From: Longimicrobiales bacterium
GTDB taxonomy: Bacteria; Gemmatimonadota; Gemmatimonadetes; Longimicrobiales; Gaopeijiaceae
Direction of reading: 5' to 3'
Length of the DNA: 64,000 nucleotides
Assembly: GCA_965198065.1 (NCBI GenBank)
Contig: CBDAON010000004.1
Coordinates: 896,001 to 960,000, forward strand
Shown: positions 39,361 through 50,818 of the stretch, piece after piece
Numbering within the stretch: the first letter of the stretch is position 1
Layout of the letters: every line of letters begins with the position of its first letter
Translations under genes and position numbers: made by a program
Notes under the pieces: generated by a model
The model's input: the letters and a program-made list of their open reading frames with translations, nothing else
Told to the model about the DNA's origin: nothing
The model's database searches: none

Positions 39361-40827
39361 CTACCCGGGATCCTCGGGATCGTGTCCCACGTCCTCCGCG
39401 ATCTCCTCCCCCACGCGGACGCGTCCCCCGGATCGGCGCTCTCCCCACCACCGCAGTCGTGCCTCGATCGCCTTCTCGAACCCGAACGTCCCGGGTTGGT
39501 AAAAGCGACGGCCGGTGAGGGCCTCCGGAAGGTAGTGCTGCGAGGCCACCCCATCTGGCTGGTCCGGGTCGTATCTGTACCCTCGCCCGTAACCCCACTC
39601 CTTCATTTCGGGGGTCGGAGCGTTCCGGATGTGCAGCGGAACCGGTTCGGAGGCCGTCTCCTCCGCGGCCGCCATCGCTCGACTCCAGCCCACGTACGCG
39701 CGGTTCGACTTGGGAGCGGTGGCGAGATAGAGGGCGGCCTCCGCGATGGCGAGCTCACCCTCCGGAGAGCCGAGGAAGTGGTAGGCCTGCCAGGCGGACA
39801 CCGTTATCTCGAGGGCCGCGGGATCCGCCAGGCCGATGTCCTCGGACGCCATGCGCACGAGTCGCCTGGCCACGTAGAGCGGATCCTCGCCGCCCCGGAT
39901 CATGCGCGCGAGCCAGTACAGCGTGCCGTCCGGGTCACTCCCCCGTACGGCCTTGTGTAGGGCGGAGATCAGGTTGTAGTGCTCCTCCCCCGACTTGTCG
40001 TAGACGGCGAAGCGATGCTGGAGCGCGTCCCTTGCGACCTGGACCGTGATCGTTTCTCCGTCTCCCGCGATCTCGTGCGCCGCCTCGAGGCCGCCGAGCG
40101 CCCGCCGGGCGTCCCCGTCCGCACCCTTGACCAAAAGGGCGAGCGCATCGTCGTCGATGGTGACGCGGGCGCGCCCCAAGCCGCGGCTCTCGTCCTCCAT
40201 CGCAGCGCGGAGGATCTCCTCGAGATCCGGATCCCCAAGCGGCTCCAGTAGGAAAACCGGGGCGCGAGAGAGAAGAGGACGGTTCACCTCGAAGGAGGGG
40301 TTCTCCGTCGTCGCGCCGACGAGCACGATGGTCCCGTCCTCTACGAACGGAAGGAACGCGTCCTGCTGTGCCCGATTGAAGCGGTGGATCTCGTCGCAGA
40401 AGAGGACGGTCTTCCGCCCCGAGGCGCCGAGACGGACTCTGGCCGAGGCAATTACCTCGCGTACGCGGGCGACGCCTTCCGTCACCGCCGAGAAGGAGAC
40501 GAACTCCGCGTCCACCCGCTCCGCGAGCAGCCGGGCCAGGGTCGTCTTTCCACTCCCGGGCGGTCCCCAGAGGATGCAGCTCGTGAGCTGCCCGCCCTCG
40601 AGCATCCGTCGAAACGGCTTCGCGGGACCGAGAAGATGGGCCTGGCCCCGCACCTCGCCCAGCTCCCGCGGGCGCATCCGCGCCGCGAGGGGGGCGTGCC
40701 GCCCCGGCCGCTCGCCCGGGTCGCCCGGTTCGGAGCCTTGCGGTCGCGACCCGCCGGACCCCGGCCCGCCCGGTTGAGACTTGCCCCCGCCCGCCGCCCC
40801 TCCGCGGAAGAGATCGAGATCGCTCAC
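39361..40827 (-). CDS. rarA: Replication-associated recombination protein A
   Basis: PLAARMRP, WGPPGSGKTT, DEIHRFN..QQD, GATTENPSFE and HYNLISALHK. Confidence 0.96.
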   Translation of the reverse strand: MSDLDLFRGGAAGGGKSQPGGPGSGGSRPQGSEPGDPGERPGRHAPLAARMRPRELGEVRGQAHLLGPAKPFRRMLEGGQLTSCILWGPPGSGKTTLARLLAERVDAEFVSFSAVTEGVARVREVIASARVRLGASGRKTVLFCDEIHRFNRAQQDAFLPFVEDGTIVLVGATTENPSFEVNRPLLSRAPVFLLEPLGDPDLEEILRAAMEDESRGLGRARVTIDDDALALLVKGADGDARRALGGLEAAHEIAGDGETITVQVARDALQHRFAVYDKSGEEHYNLISALHKAVRGSDPDGTLYWLARMIRGGEDPLYVARRLVRMASEDIGLADPAALEITVSAWQAYHFLGSPEGELAIAEAALYLATAPKSNRAYVGWSRAMAAAEETASEPVPLHIRNAPTPEMKEWGYGRGYRYDPDQPDGVASQHYLPEALTGRRFYQPGTFGFEKAIEARLRWWGERRSGGRVRVGEEIAEDVGHDPEDPG

Positions 40828-40858
40828 GGACGGGGCCGCGTGGGCGCCTGGAGGGCAC

Positions 40859-42232
40859 TCATCCTGGGGTGGTCCTCGGCGCTATGCCACGCGCCTCAAG
40901 CCATCGTTCGGCCTCCACCCGGAGCGAATCCCGACGGTTCAGGGATGGATCATCCAGGGCGAGGTCGAGCAGCGAACGTAGCACCTCCCCGAAATGGGGG
41001 CCGGGCGCGAAGCCCATCCGTATGAGGTCGCGGCCGCTGAAGTCCAGCTCCTCCACTCGAAGGGGCGCGTCGGAGCGGGCCAACCGGCGGAGGCGGGTCG
41101 CGAGGATCGTGAACCCGTGGCGACCGTGGGCTCCCTGCCCGGCCCGGCCCCGCGCCTCGTCCGCCCTGACGGAGGCGCTCCAGATTCGGAGAACCGATCC
41201 CAGCCTGGCCCGGCCCGCCGAGGCTAACCAGCGTCGAAGCTCGGCGTCGGACGCCTCCGGGGCCGGGGGTCTGGAGGAAAGGGCGGCGACCTCGGCGATC
41301 TCCCGAATGCGCGCGTTCGATGCCCGGAGTCGCTCGAGGACCGCGGCCGCACGGAGGAGGGTGAGCGTGGGGGGCGTGGCCCCCGCCTCATCCTCCCCGT
41401 GCCCCGCCGCCTCACCGACGCCCTGGAAGAGCGCGGCCCATCGGAGGTCCGGTCGGACCCGAGCGATGCGGTCCACGGTCTCCAGGGCGTGCGCGAACCA
41501 CTCCACCCCCGGCTCGCGCACGCACCCCACGGTGCGGTCCAGCTCGGGGAAGAGGGAGCGGGCAACGCCCGAAGCCGCGTAGAGCGCGAGAGAACGCGAC
41601 GGGGGCGCCACTCCCGCGAGGATCCTCTGGAGCTCTTCGTGGAGGCGCTCCGAGGAAAGGACGCCGAGGTTCTCGACGGCTCGAACGAGAGCTCGCCAGG
41701 TATCGGCCTCGATATCGAGGCGAAATGTGCCCGCGAAGCGCAGAGCGCGGAGCACTCGCAGGTAATCCTCGGCGAACCGGCGGGACGGATCTCCCACGGT
41801 CCTGAGCACCCGACGAGCCATGTCCTCCCGCCCCCCGAAGGGGTCGTGGACAACCTCGCGAACGGGATGCCAGGCCACGGCGTTGATCGTGAAGTCCCGG
41901 CGGGCAAGGTCCTCGTCCAGCGTATCCGCGAAGGCAACCTCGGCGTGCCGGCCCGTCGTGCGTACGTCCTTCCGGAACGTAGTGACCTCGTACAGGGTCC
42001 CGTCCCTGAAAAGTACCCCGACCGTCCCATGTTCGAGACCGATCGGAACCGTGCGAGGGAAGACCTTCTTCACCTGACTGGGCCGAGCGGCTGTCGTGAA
42101 GTCCCAGTCGTAGGATGAAAGCCCGGAGACGGCGTCGCGGACTGCACCCCCCACGGCCCAGGTCTCGTAGCCCGCCTCCTCGAGCCTGGAGACGATCCAG
42201 TGCGCGGCTTTGGGAGCGGGCAGGCGCGTCAT
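40859..42232 (-). CDS. cca: CCA tRNA nucleotidyltransferase
   Basis: VGGAVRD, DWDFTT, EVTTFR, DLARRDFTINA and FAEDYLRVLRALRF. Confidence 0.88.
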   Translation of the reverse strand: MTRLPAPKAAHWIVSRLEEAGYETWAVGGAVRDAVSGLSSYDWDFTTAARPSQVKKVFPRTVPIGLEHGTVGVLFRDGTLYEVTTFRKDVRTTGRHAEVAFADTLDEDLARRDFTINAVAWHPVREVVHDPFGGREDMARRVLRTVGDPSRRFAEDYLRVLRALRFAGTFRLDIEADTWRALVRAVENLGVLSSERLHEELQRILAGVAPPSRSLALYAASGVARSLFPELDRTVGCVREPGVEWFAHALETVDRIARVRPDLRWAALFQGVGEAAGHGEDEAGATPPTLTLLRAAAVLERLRASNARIREIAEVAALSSRPPAPEASDAELRRWLASAGRARLGSVLRIWSASVRADEARGRAGQGAHGRHGFTILATRLRRLARSDAPLRVEELDFSGRDLIRMGFAPGPHFGEVLRSLLDLALDDPSLNRRDSLRVEAERWLEARGIAPRTTPG

Positions 42233-43050
42233 GCCCGGAGGAAGGACAGGAGTCGCCGGAGCAGTCCCGGCCTTCCTTCCAGCCTCGGCACGGGCAGGGG
42301 CCGCTCTCCCCGGGCGATCCGTCCCGGATTGATGCCAGTGAGAAGGGACCAGGCCTCGGTCGCGTCTAACTTCTCGAAGGTCTCCCGGGCGCCGTCCACG
42401 AACAGGGGGAGCGACGGACTCCCGTGGAAATCCGTCGAGAGGCAGTCGACCCAGCCCTGCTCTAGCAGCCTGAACGCCTGCTCGCGGGGCTGGGGGCCGT
42501 ACTTTCCGAGGAGCGACCCGTAGTTTACCTGACACATCGCGCCCTCCCCGCGCCACCGCTCGACGACCGTCATCCCCTCGTCGTACCCCGCGTACCGCTC
42601 GGCGTGAGCGATCACGATCTCGACCCCGTGTTTGTGGAGCGCCCGTATCACGGCAGGGGTCTCGGGCGGGATCTGGAGCCGCGGCCACTCCGCAAGCACG
42701 AGGTCCGTCCCGGCGAGTCGAACGCGCGGATCGGAGAGATCCGGGTCGGGGACGTCGAGCATCACCTCGTGGCCACGTCGCAGATCCACGCCGGGGACCA
42801 GCTCCGCGACCGCGGCGGCCAGCGTGTCGAAGACCGCGTCCACCTCGGAGAGCCTCCGCTCGAGCGCTCGACCGTCACGGGTGAGGCTTCCGTTCAGGTG
42901 TGGGGTCGTGACGATAGTCCGGATCCCTTCGGACCGCATCCTCTCGACCCCCTCGAGCGCGTCTTCCAGGACGCGTGCCCCGTCGTCCACGCCCGGGACC
43001 AGATGGGAGTGGAGGTCGGTCAGGGAGGGGCTCTGCCCATCCGTCGTCAT
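42229..43050 (-). CDS. CpsB/CapC-family PHP tyrosine phosphatase
   Basis: DLHSHLVPGVDDGA, TTPH, IAHAERY and STDFH. Confidence 0.92.
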   Translation of the reverse strand: MTTDGQSPSLTDLHSHLVPGVDDGARVLEDALEGVERMRSEGIRTIVTTPHLNGSLTRDGRALERRLSEVDAVFDTLAAAVAELVPGVDLRRGHEVMLDVPDPDLSDPRVRLAGTDLVLAEWPRLQIPPETPAVIRALHKHGVEIVIAHAERYAGYDEGMTVVERWRGEGAMCQVNYGSLLGKYGPQPREQAFRLLEQGWVDCLSTDFHGSPSLPLFVDGARETFEKLDATEAWSLLTGINPGRIARGERPLPVPRLEGRPGLLRRLLSFLRA

Positions 43051-43057
43051 CCCCGGG

Positions 43058-43381
43058 CTACGCCTCGTCGCCGAGAATGGCCAGGACGTCACGCAGTCCC
43101 GCCTCGGGATCCTCCTCGTTCAGGCAGGCCTCGATGGTATACGTGAGAAGCCCGTCTGCTGCGAGCAGGGCATAGGCCCCCTCGCGTACCCGTCCCGGCC
43201 GGCGCAGGGCCTCGCGAAGCGCCCGCACCGCGCCACGGGTCAGCTCGGGCGCGCTCCTGTCGAGCGGCACGAGCCCGTACCGCTCCATCCATTCCCTCAC
43301 CTCCGGCGGCACCGTCGGCGCCCCCGACTCGTCGGCGCTCATCGGGCCCTCCCCGGACCCACGCGCCTGGCCCTGGCTCAT
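43058..43381 (-). CDS. Hypothetical protein
   Basis: ATGA overlap with the alaS stop; REGAYALLAADGLLTY segment; fills the operon gap. Confidence 0.65.
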   Translation of the reverse strand: MSQGQARGSGEGPMSADESGAPTVPPEVREWMERYGLVPLDRSAPELTRGAVRALREALRRPGRVREGAYALLAADGLLTYTIEACLNEEDPEAGLRDVLAILGDEA

Positions 43382-46046
43382 CCGCGGCCTTCGGCGAGGG
43401 CGTGTCTCAGCGCCTGCTCTCCGGCCTCGAGCGCCTCGTTCACCCGGGCCCGATCCTCGACTCCGGCCTGCGCCATGTGCGACTTGCCTCCACCCCGGCC
43501 CCCGGTGACCGCCGCGATCTCCCTGACCAGCGCACCCGCCTTCACGCCGCGACCCACTAGGTCGTCCGTCACGAACACGTAGAAGCTGAGCTTCTCGTCC
43601 GAGGATTCCGCAGCCAGGGCGGTGACAGACATGGACTCCTTGGCTCGCAGTGCGTCGCCGAACGCCCGCGCGTCCTCGGCATCCTTCACCTTCACGCGCA
43701 GCGCCTGGTAGCGCGCGGTGCCGCCGTCGTCCAGGGGAATCACGGCCTCGTGGATTGGAATCTCGCTCGCCCCGCCCCCTCGGCGGAGCTCCGCGAGCAG
43801 CCCCTCGAGCCGGTCCCGCTCCGCGATCAGATCTTCCACGCGCCGTGCGAGGGACTCCCGCCCGGTCTTGAGAGTCCGGGCTAGCTCGTCGAGCTCCCAC
43901 TCAGATCGTCGCAGCCGGACGAACGCCGAGCGCCCCGTGAGGGCCTCGATCCTCCGCACGCCGGCCGCGACCCCGCTCTCGCGGACCACGGTAAAGAGCC
44001 CGATCTCCCCCGTGTGTCGGAGGTGCGTCCCCCCGCAGAGCTCGAGGCTGACTCCGGGAATCTCCACGACGCGAACGCGGCTGCCGTACTTCTCGCCGAA
44101 CAGCGCCATCGCCCCCTCAGCGAGCGCATCCTCCCGGGAGGTGATTCGCCACCGAACCGGGTGGTCCCGCCAGATCGCCTCGTTCACGTCGCGCTCGAGC
44201 GCGTCGATCTCGGCCAGCGTCAGCGGGTCGGGGTGCGAGAAGTCGAAGCGGAGGCGCTCAGGGTGGACGAGGGACCCCCGCTGCTGGACGTGATCACCGA
44301 GCACCTTCCGGAGCGACGCGTGAAGGAGGTGAGTCGCCGTGTGGTTCCTCTCCGTGTCGTGGCGGGCGTCCGCGTCCACCGACGCCACCGCCCTCAAGGC
44401 GCTGTCCTCCCCGTCCGGGAAGCGACCCTCGAGGGGTCCGAAGACGGCCGTGCGTCCTTCGACTCTCCGCACCTCGTCCACTGGGATCCGCCACCCGTCT
44501 CCCTCCACCACGCCCCAGTCCGCGACCTGCCCTCCCGCTTCCGCGTAGAACGGGTTCTCGCTGAGGATGAGGCCGACGCGCTCGTCCTCGCTCACGAACG
44601 CCCCAACCGCCGTCTCAACGGCACGGGAGTCCCAGCCCACCCACTCCTGGGAAGCCTCCGGGGCCAGGACCGTCCACTCCTCGAGACCCGGAACCCGCTT
44701 CGGCGCGGACCCCGCCTCGGCGCGATCCGCTCGACTGCGCGCCCTCTGCTCCTCGAGCGCGCGCTGGAAACCCTCCTCGTCCACCTGGTATCCTCGCTCC
44801 CTGCCGATGACCTGCGTGAGGTCCAGAGGGAAGCCAAACGTATCGTAGAGGCGGAATACCTCCGACCCGGGGATGATTGTCGCCTTTCTTCCCGCCTCGC
44901 GGGAGCGCCTCGGAGCGATCTCGTCCAGGCGCGCCATCCCCCCCTCGATGGTTGTCAGAAACCGCTCCTCCTCCCTCCGCACCGTCTCCAGCACCTGAGG
45001 AGCCCTCTCGCCCAGCTCCGCATAGACGTCCCGCATCAGATCCACGACTTCCTCGACCACGTGCACCAGCGCCGGCTCGGTAAGGCCGAGGTGCCACGCA
45101 TGCCTCACCCCGCGGCGGAGGATCCTTCGCAGCACGTATCCGCGTCCCTCGTTCGACGGGACGACTCCGTCGGTCGAAAGGAACGCCACCGCCCGGGCAT
45201 GGTCCGCGAGGACCCGGTAGCTCACCCCTTCCTCGTGGTCCCGGCGGTACGGACGACCGACGATCTCCGCGACCCGCTCCAGGAGCGGAAGAAACAGGTC
45301 CGTGTGGTAGTTCGAGTCCACGCCCTGGAGCACGGCGGCGAGCCGCTCGAGCCCCGCCCCGGTATCGATCGAGGGGGCCGGAAGGGGCGTCAAGACGCCC
45401 TCGCGGTCGCGATCGAACTGCATGAACACGAGGTTCCAGAGCTCCAACACGTCACCGCGCTCGCCCAGGGCCTCGAACTCCGTACGGGACGGGACGTTTC
45501 GGGCCGATTCGGCCCTCAGGTCGTAATGGAGCTCCGAGCACGGCCCGCAGGGGCCCGTGTCAGCCATCTGCCAGAAGTTGTCCTTGTCCCCGAGGCGATG
45601 GATACGCTTCGGGGAGATTCCCGAGACGTCTCGCCACGCCTGGTGCGCCTCGTCGTCGCTCTCGTGAACCGTGACGAAAACTCGGCCCGCCTCGAGACCC
45701 AATTCCTTAGTCGTGAGCTCCCACGCGAACGCGATCGCCTCGCGCTTGAAGTAGTCGCCGAAGGAGAAGTTCCCGAGCATCTCGAAGAACGTGTGATGCC
45801 CGGCCGTGAGCCCGACCTGCTCGAGGTCATTGTGCTTTCCGCCCGCACGCACGCACTTCTGAGCCGTGACCGCCCGCCGGTAAGGAACCCGCTCCTCACC
45901 CAGGAACACCTTCTTGAACTGCACCATCCCGGCGTTCGTGAAGAGGAGGGTCGGATCGTCTGCCGGAACGAGCGACGAGCTGAGGAGGAGCTCGTGTCCC
46001 CGCAGCTGGAAGTAGTCGAGGAAGCGGCTTCGGATGTCCGCAGCCT

Positions 46047-46050
<4 letters not shown>
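43378..46050 (-). CDS. alaS: Alanine--tRNA ligase
   Basis: [40 protein letters not shown] and ELCGGTH. Confidence 0.99.
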
Positions 46051-47111
<1,061 letters not shown>

Positions 47112-47205
47112 CGCCTCCTTCCTCCTCGCTCTGTAGGCCTCGCGCCTGGCCCGCACTCGATTGGCCCGGAACCTGGTCGATCGGTCTCACCGAGCCGAAG
47201 ATAGA

Positions 47206-47220
47206 GAACCCGAACAGAAC
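47206..47220 (-). promoter_or_regulatory. Candidate LexA box GTTC-N7-GTTC in the recA promoter
   Basis: Minus strand GTTCTGTTCGGGTTC, just upstream of a TATCTT -10-like hexamer. Confidence 0.5.
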
Positions 47221-47436
47221 GCGAAAGTACTCCTTACACCACATCCGACCCGGGGCCATGCCCCCTCCGGCGCCCCCTGCCCCGCCCCAAATCTAGGCCG
47301 AGCGAGGGGGCATCGAAATGACACCGCGGGACGGACCTCCGGAGCGCTCGACGCACACACGGTCGGCTTGCCGCGCTCGGGAACGCGCGACCATCTTCGT
47401 TACGTCCCTACACACAGCTACTCCAAGCAGGGGCTC

Positions 47437-47910
47437 ATGGACGCCGATCCCCCGGACAGCCGGCCTTCGCGCCGCCGTGCCCGCTGCCACTCGGTGGAGA
47501 CGAGGACCTCCCGTGACTCCCGCTGCATGGTGCGGGTGGAAGTGGAGTGGATCAGCGGCGAGATCGTCGAGGGGCAGGGACAGGCCACGGACACGCCCGA
47601 GGGCCGCATGCAGGCCGGCGCGACCGCCGCTCTCGAAGCCGTTTCTCGTGTCGGAGAGGGAGCCATCGGCCTCGAGATCCGAGGGACCAAGCTGGTTCGG
47701 GCTTTCGACGGCCTGATCGTGATCGCGGCGCTGCGCGCGCTCCGCGGGGAACACCGATACGACCTGATCGGGTCCACGGTGGCCCCGCGGGACGACGTGG
47801 CGCGTGGTGCCGTCCTTACGGTGCTCGACGCCACGAACTGGATCCTGGAGCCGCGCGCCCCGGTGGAGGCGGCAGGCGACCCGAACGTGCCAGAGACATC
47901 GCTGGAATGA
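47437..47910 (+). CDS. Hypothetical protein
   Basis: Natural-looking alpha/beta sequence, divergent from recA. Confidence 0.7.
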   Translation: MDADPPDSRPSRRRARCHSVETRTSRDSRCMVRVEVEWISGEIVEGQGQATDTPEGRMQAGATAALEAVSRVGEGAIGLEIRGTKLVRAFDGLIVIAALRALRGEHRYDLIGSTVAPRDDVARGAVLTVLDATNWILEPRAPVEAAGDPNVPETSLE

Positions 47911-47938
47911 AGGAGACCTTCGCCGGTCCGCCGCGCCG

Positions 47939-48106
47939 TCAGGACTCGATCTTCTCCTCCACCTTCCTTAGCCGTCGGAGGATCGAGACCACCCAACCGA
48001 AGATGAGCACCCACGCCGCCGCGTAAGCCACGAATACGTGCCAGAAGTGCCGCATCTCCAAGCTGCCTTCCTGGACGGCCTGGAGGAGCAGGGCCTCGAG
48101 AGTCAT
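47939..48106 (-). CDS. ccmD: Heme exporter protein D
   Basis: 55 aa, hand-translated: HVFVAYAAAWVLIFGWVVSILRRLRKVE. Follows ccmC. Confidence 0.8.
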   Translation of the reverse strand: MTLEALLLQAVQEGSLEMRHFWHVFVAYAAAWVLIFGWVVSILRRLRKVEEKIES

Positions 48107-48122
48107 CGGGGAGCGTTCCTCG

Positions 48123-48818
48123 TCAGATCGTGGTGGTGGGGGCAGCCTGCTCCGCCCGCGCCTCGAGTCGTGCCACCCCGTAGCGCAGGAGGAAGAGGGA
48201 CAGGAAGAGGAAGGTGAACGCCACCAGGGCGAGCATCAGCGTCGTGAGCATGTCGCCGGGGAGCTGCGGGGCCCCCGCCGTCTGGAGCACGACGGGCTCT
48301 GGGTGGAGCGAGCGGAACCAGACGACGCTCACGTGGATGAGGGGGATGTTGAACGCCCCCACGATCCCGAGCACCGCCGCGAACTTCTTTCCGCGCTCGG
48401 GGCTGTCGGTGGCGTTCCGCACCAGGAAGTACCCCAGATAGATGAACCACAGGAGAAGCGTCAACGTGAGCCTCATCTCCCACGTCCACCAGGTTCCCCA
48501 GGAGATACGCGCCCAAAGGGGGCCCGTGACGAGCACGATCGTGGTGAAGAGCATCCCACCTTCCGCGGCCGACCTCGCGGCCTGATCGAGCTTCTCCTCG
48601 CCCAGCCAGAGGTACACGGCGCTACAGAACGCTACGATTCCGAAGGCGAAGAACGCGACCCACGCCGAAGGGACGTGGATGTAGAAGATCCGCTGGACGA
48701 TCCCGAGCGTGGCCTCCGTGGACACCCAGAAGAAGACCTGCCAGTGGAAGACGAGGGTCAGGGCGACCCCGAGCGCACCCAGGGTGAGCGCCGCGAGCCG
48801 TATCGTCCTCAGCGACAT
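48123..48818 (-). CDS. ccmC: Heme exporter protein C
   Basis: RIFYIHVPSAW, TGPLWAR.SWGTWWTWEMRLT and WFRSLHP. Confidence 0.95.
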   Translation of the reverse strand: MSLRTIRLAALTLGALGVALTLVFHWQVFFWVSTEATLGIVQRIFYIHVPSAWVAFFAFGIVAFCSAVYLWLGEEKLDQAARSAAEGGMLFTTIVLVTGPLWARISWGTWWTWEMRLTLTLLLWFIYLGYFLVRNATDSPERGKKFAAVLGIVGAFNIPLIHVSVVWFRSLHPEPVVLQTAGAPQLPGDMLTTLMLALVAFTFLFLSLFLLRYGVARLEARAEQAAPTTTI

Positions 48819-49498
48819 CACTCCTCCACGATGTAGCGAAAGAGCAGCACTCCGGCCGTAAGGGCTACGAGCGTGAAGGCCGAGAGGATCCGCAAGTTGC
48901 CATGCACTCCGGCGGCGGGGAAGCCCTGGAGTAGCTGGCCGGTTCCGTTGGCCCCAAAGGTCACCACCGGAACGAGGAGGGGGAAGAGGAGGACCGGGAG
49001 GAGAGTCGTCCCGATGCGAGTGCCGGCCGTGATCCCGCTGAAGAGGGTGCCGAGCGAGACGAACCCCAGCGTCCCCATCCCCAGGTGGAGGGCCAGCCAC
49101 CCCGGGTTCCGGGTGAGATCCACCTGGAAGAAGAACGCGACCGTGAACACGGTCAGGGCCACGATCGTCCCGACGAGGACTGCGTTCGAGACCACCTTAC
49201 CGAGGAAGAGCGCGTCCCGCGGCACGGGAGCAACGAGAAGACCATCGATCGCGCCCTCGTCCTTCTCAAGCTCGAAGGTCCGACCGAGGCCGAGGAGCCC
49301 GCCCAGGAGGAGCGTCATCCAGATAAGCGCGGAGGCGATGTCGCGCGGTTGGACGACCCCGTGATCGATGGCGTAATTGAAGAGGAACGCGGTGAGCACG
49401 ACGAACGCCGCCATCGTGGCGAAGCGCTCGCGCGTCCGCCACTCTACGCGGAGGTCCTTCGCCGCGATGGCCCAGACCTGTCGTAGATACCGCTTCAC
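48818..49498 (-). CDS. ccmB: Heme exporter protein B
   Basis: KDLRVEWR, FELEKDEGAIDGLL and LLPVLLFPL. Confidence 0.93.
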   Translation of the reverse strand: MKRYLRQVWAIAAKDLRVEWRTRERFATMAAFVVLTAFLFNYAIDHGVVQPRDIASALIWMTLLLGGLLGLGRTFELEKDEGAIDGLLVAPVPRDALFLGKVVSNAVLVGTIVALTVFTVAFFFQVDLTRNPGWLALHLGMGTLGFVSLGTLFSGITAGTRIGTTLLPVLLFPLLVPVVTFGANGTGQLLQGFPAAGVHGNLRILSAFTLVALTAGVLLFRYIVEE

Positions 49499-50220
49499 AC
49501 CGCTTCCCTCGACCCGTCGTCCACCCGTCGCCGGTAGAACGCCTCCTCCTCCCCCGGGGGAATCTCGCTACGCCCTCCGAGGAACGCGAAGCGGCCGTCC
49601 ACCTGGATCGCGACCCGGTCCGCGAGGGCTAGCCCCTCGGACAGGTTGTGCGTGACGAGGACCACGGTCCGACGGCCGTCCTTGAGCTCCCCCAGGACCT
49701 CACGGAGCAGCCCCGACGCATGGACGTCCAGGCCCGTGAACGGCTCGTCCAGGAGCACGAGCGACGGATCGTGGAGGAGGGTCCGGGCCAGCGCGAGCCG
49801 CTGCCTCATCCCCCGTGAAAACCCGTTCACGGGTCGGTCCGCGTGGCGAGCGAGCCCCACCCGCTCGAGGCGCTCGGCGACGCGTTCGTCGAGCCCTTCC
49901 AGGTCGTAGAGCCGTCCGAAGAAGACGAGGTTCTCGCGGGCGGTGAGGGGTCCGTAGAGGAAGCTCCGGTGGGAGAGGAGCCCGATCTCACGGCGCCACT
50001 CGGTCCGCGCGGCGTCCCGGGGCTCTCCCCGGAAACGGATCTCTCCCGCGTGGGGTCGGAGCGCGCCGGCGAGCATGCCGAGCAGAGTGGTCTTCCCCGC
50101 GCCGTTCGGGCCGAAGACCGATAGGAGCTCCCCCTCGTCGACCGCGAAGGAGACGTCCCGTACCGCATGGATCGGACCGTAGCGGCGCGCGAGCCCCTGC
50201 ACCTCGAGGACGGGCGCCAA
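49495..50220 (-). CDS. ccmA: Heme exporter ATP-binding protein
   Basis: GPNGAGKTT, FSRGMRQR and LLDEPFTGLD; lies within the ccm operon. Confidence 0.92.
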   Translation of the reverse strand: MAPVLEVQGLARRYGPIHAVRDVSFAVDEGELLSVFGPNGAGKTTLLGMLAGALRPHAGEIRFRGEPRDAARTEWRREIGLLSHRSFLYGPLTARENLVFFGRLYDLEGLDERVAERLERVGLARHADRPVNGFSRGMRQRLALARTLLHDPSLVLLDEPFTGLDVHASGLLREVLGELKDGRRTVVLVTHNLSEGLALADRVAIQVDGRFAFLGGRSEIPPGEEEAFYRRRVDDGSREAV

Positions 50221-50223
50221 ACC

Positions 50224-50724
50224 TTACGAGCTCCCTCGCCGAGTGGCCGGCAGGGCCGCCCCGCAGTCTCCGCAGAACCGGCTTCCGCGAGGATTGGGGT
50301 GCGCGCACTGTGGGCAGATCACGCCTTCGCGGATCGACGCTCGGAGGGCCTCGATCTCCTGCTCCATGGCCGCCGCGGCCCGGGCGTCCGCGGGCTCCCC
50401 TACGGCCCCGATCCCGTCCGGCTCGCCCCGGTCCGCCGCGCCTGCCCTGCCTCGCCACTCCTCTTCCTCCAGGTCGATCGCCTGGAGAGCCTCATCCGCC
50501 AGCTCCTGCTTCAGCTGGAGGTAGTCGGCCTTGTCCAGCTTCCCAGCATGGAAGTCGTACTCCACGTCCCGGAGAGCCAGGAGGGTCACGCGCTTTCGGT
50601 GCTGGGTGTCCGTGAGCTCACCCTCGTCGGGGTCGAGCGGAGCCTCGAGCCCCACCGCCACGGGATGGAGAACGAAGAAGACCACGGCCGCGGCGAGGAA
50701 GATGGCCGGAACGAGAACGCTCAT
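50224..50724 (-). CDS. Membrane-anchored zinc-ribbon protein (CcmI-N-like)
   Basis: N-terminal TM; ALRDVEYDFHAGKL..DY; CPQC...FCGDCG. Confidence 0.8.
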   Translation of the reverse strand: MSVLVPAIFLAAAVVFFVLHPVAVGLEAPLDPDEGELTDTQHRKRVTLLALRDVEYDFHAGKLDKADYLQLKQELADEALQAIDLEEEEWRGRAGAADRGEPDGIGAVGEPADARAAAAMEQEIEALRASIREGVICPQCAHPNPRGSRFCGDCGAALPATRRGSS

Positions 50725-50818
50725 CTCGTGGTGCTCGGCACAGGTACGGTGACCCGCGTGTCGCGTCGCCTGCGCGGTTCGGCGCGGGACCGACGACGGG
50801 GCGTCCGAGGGCCCGGAG

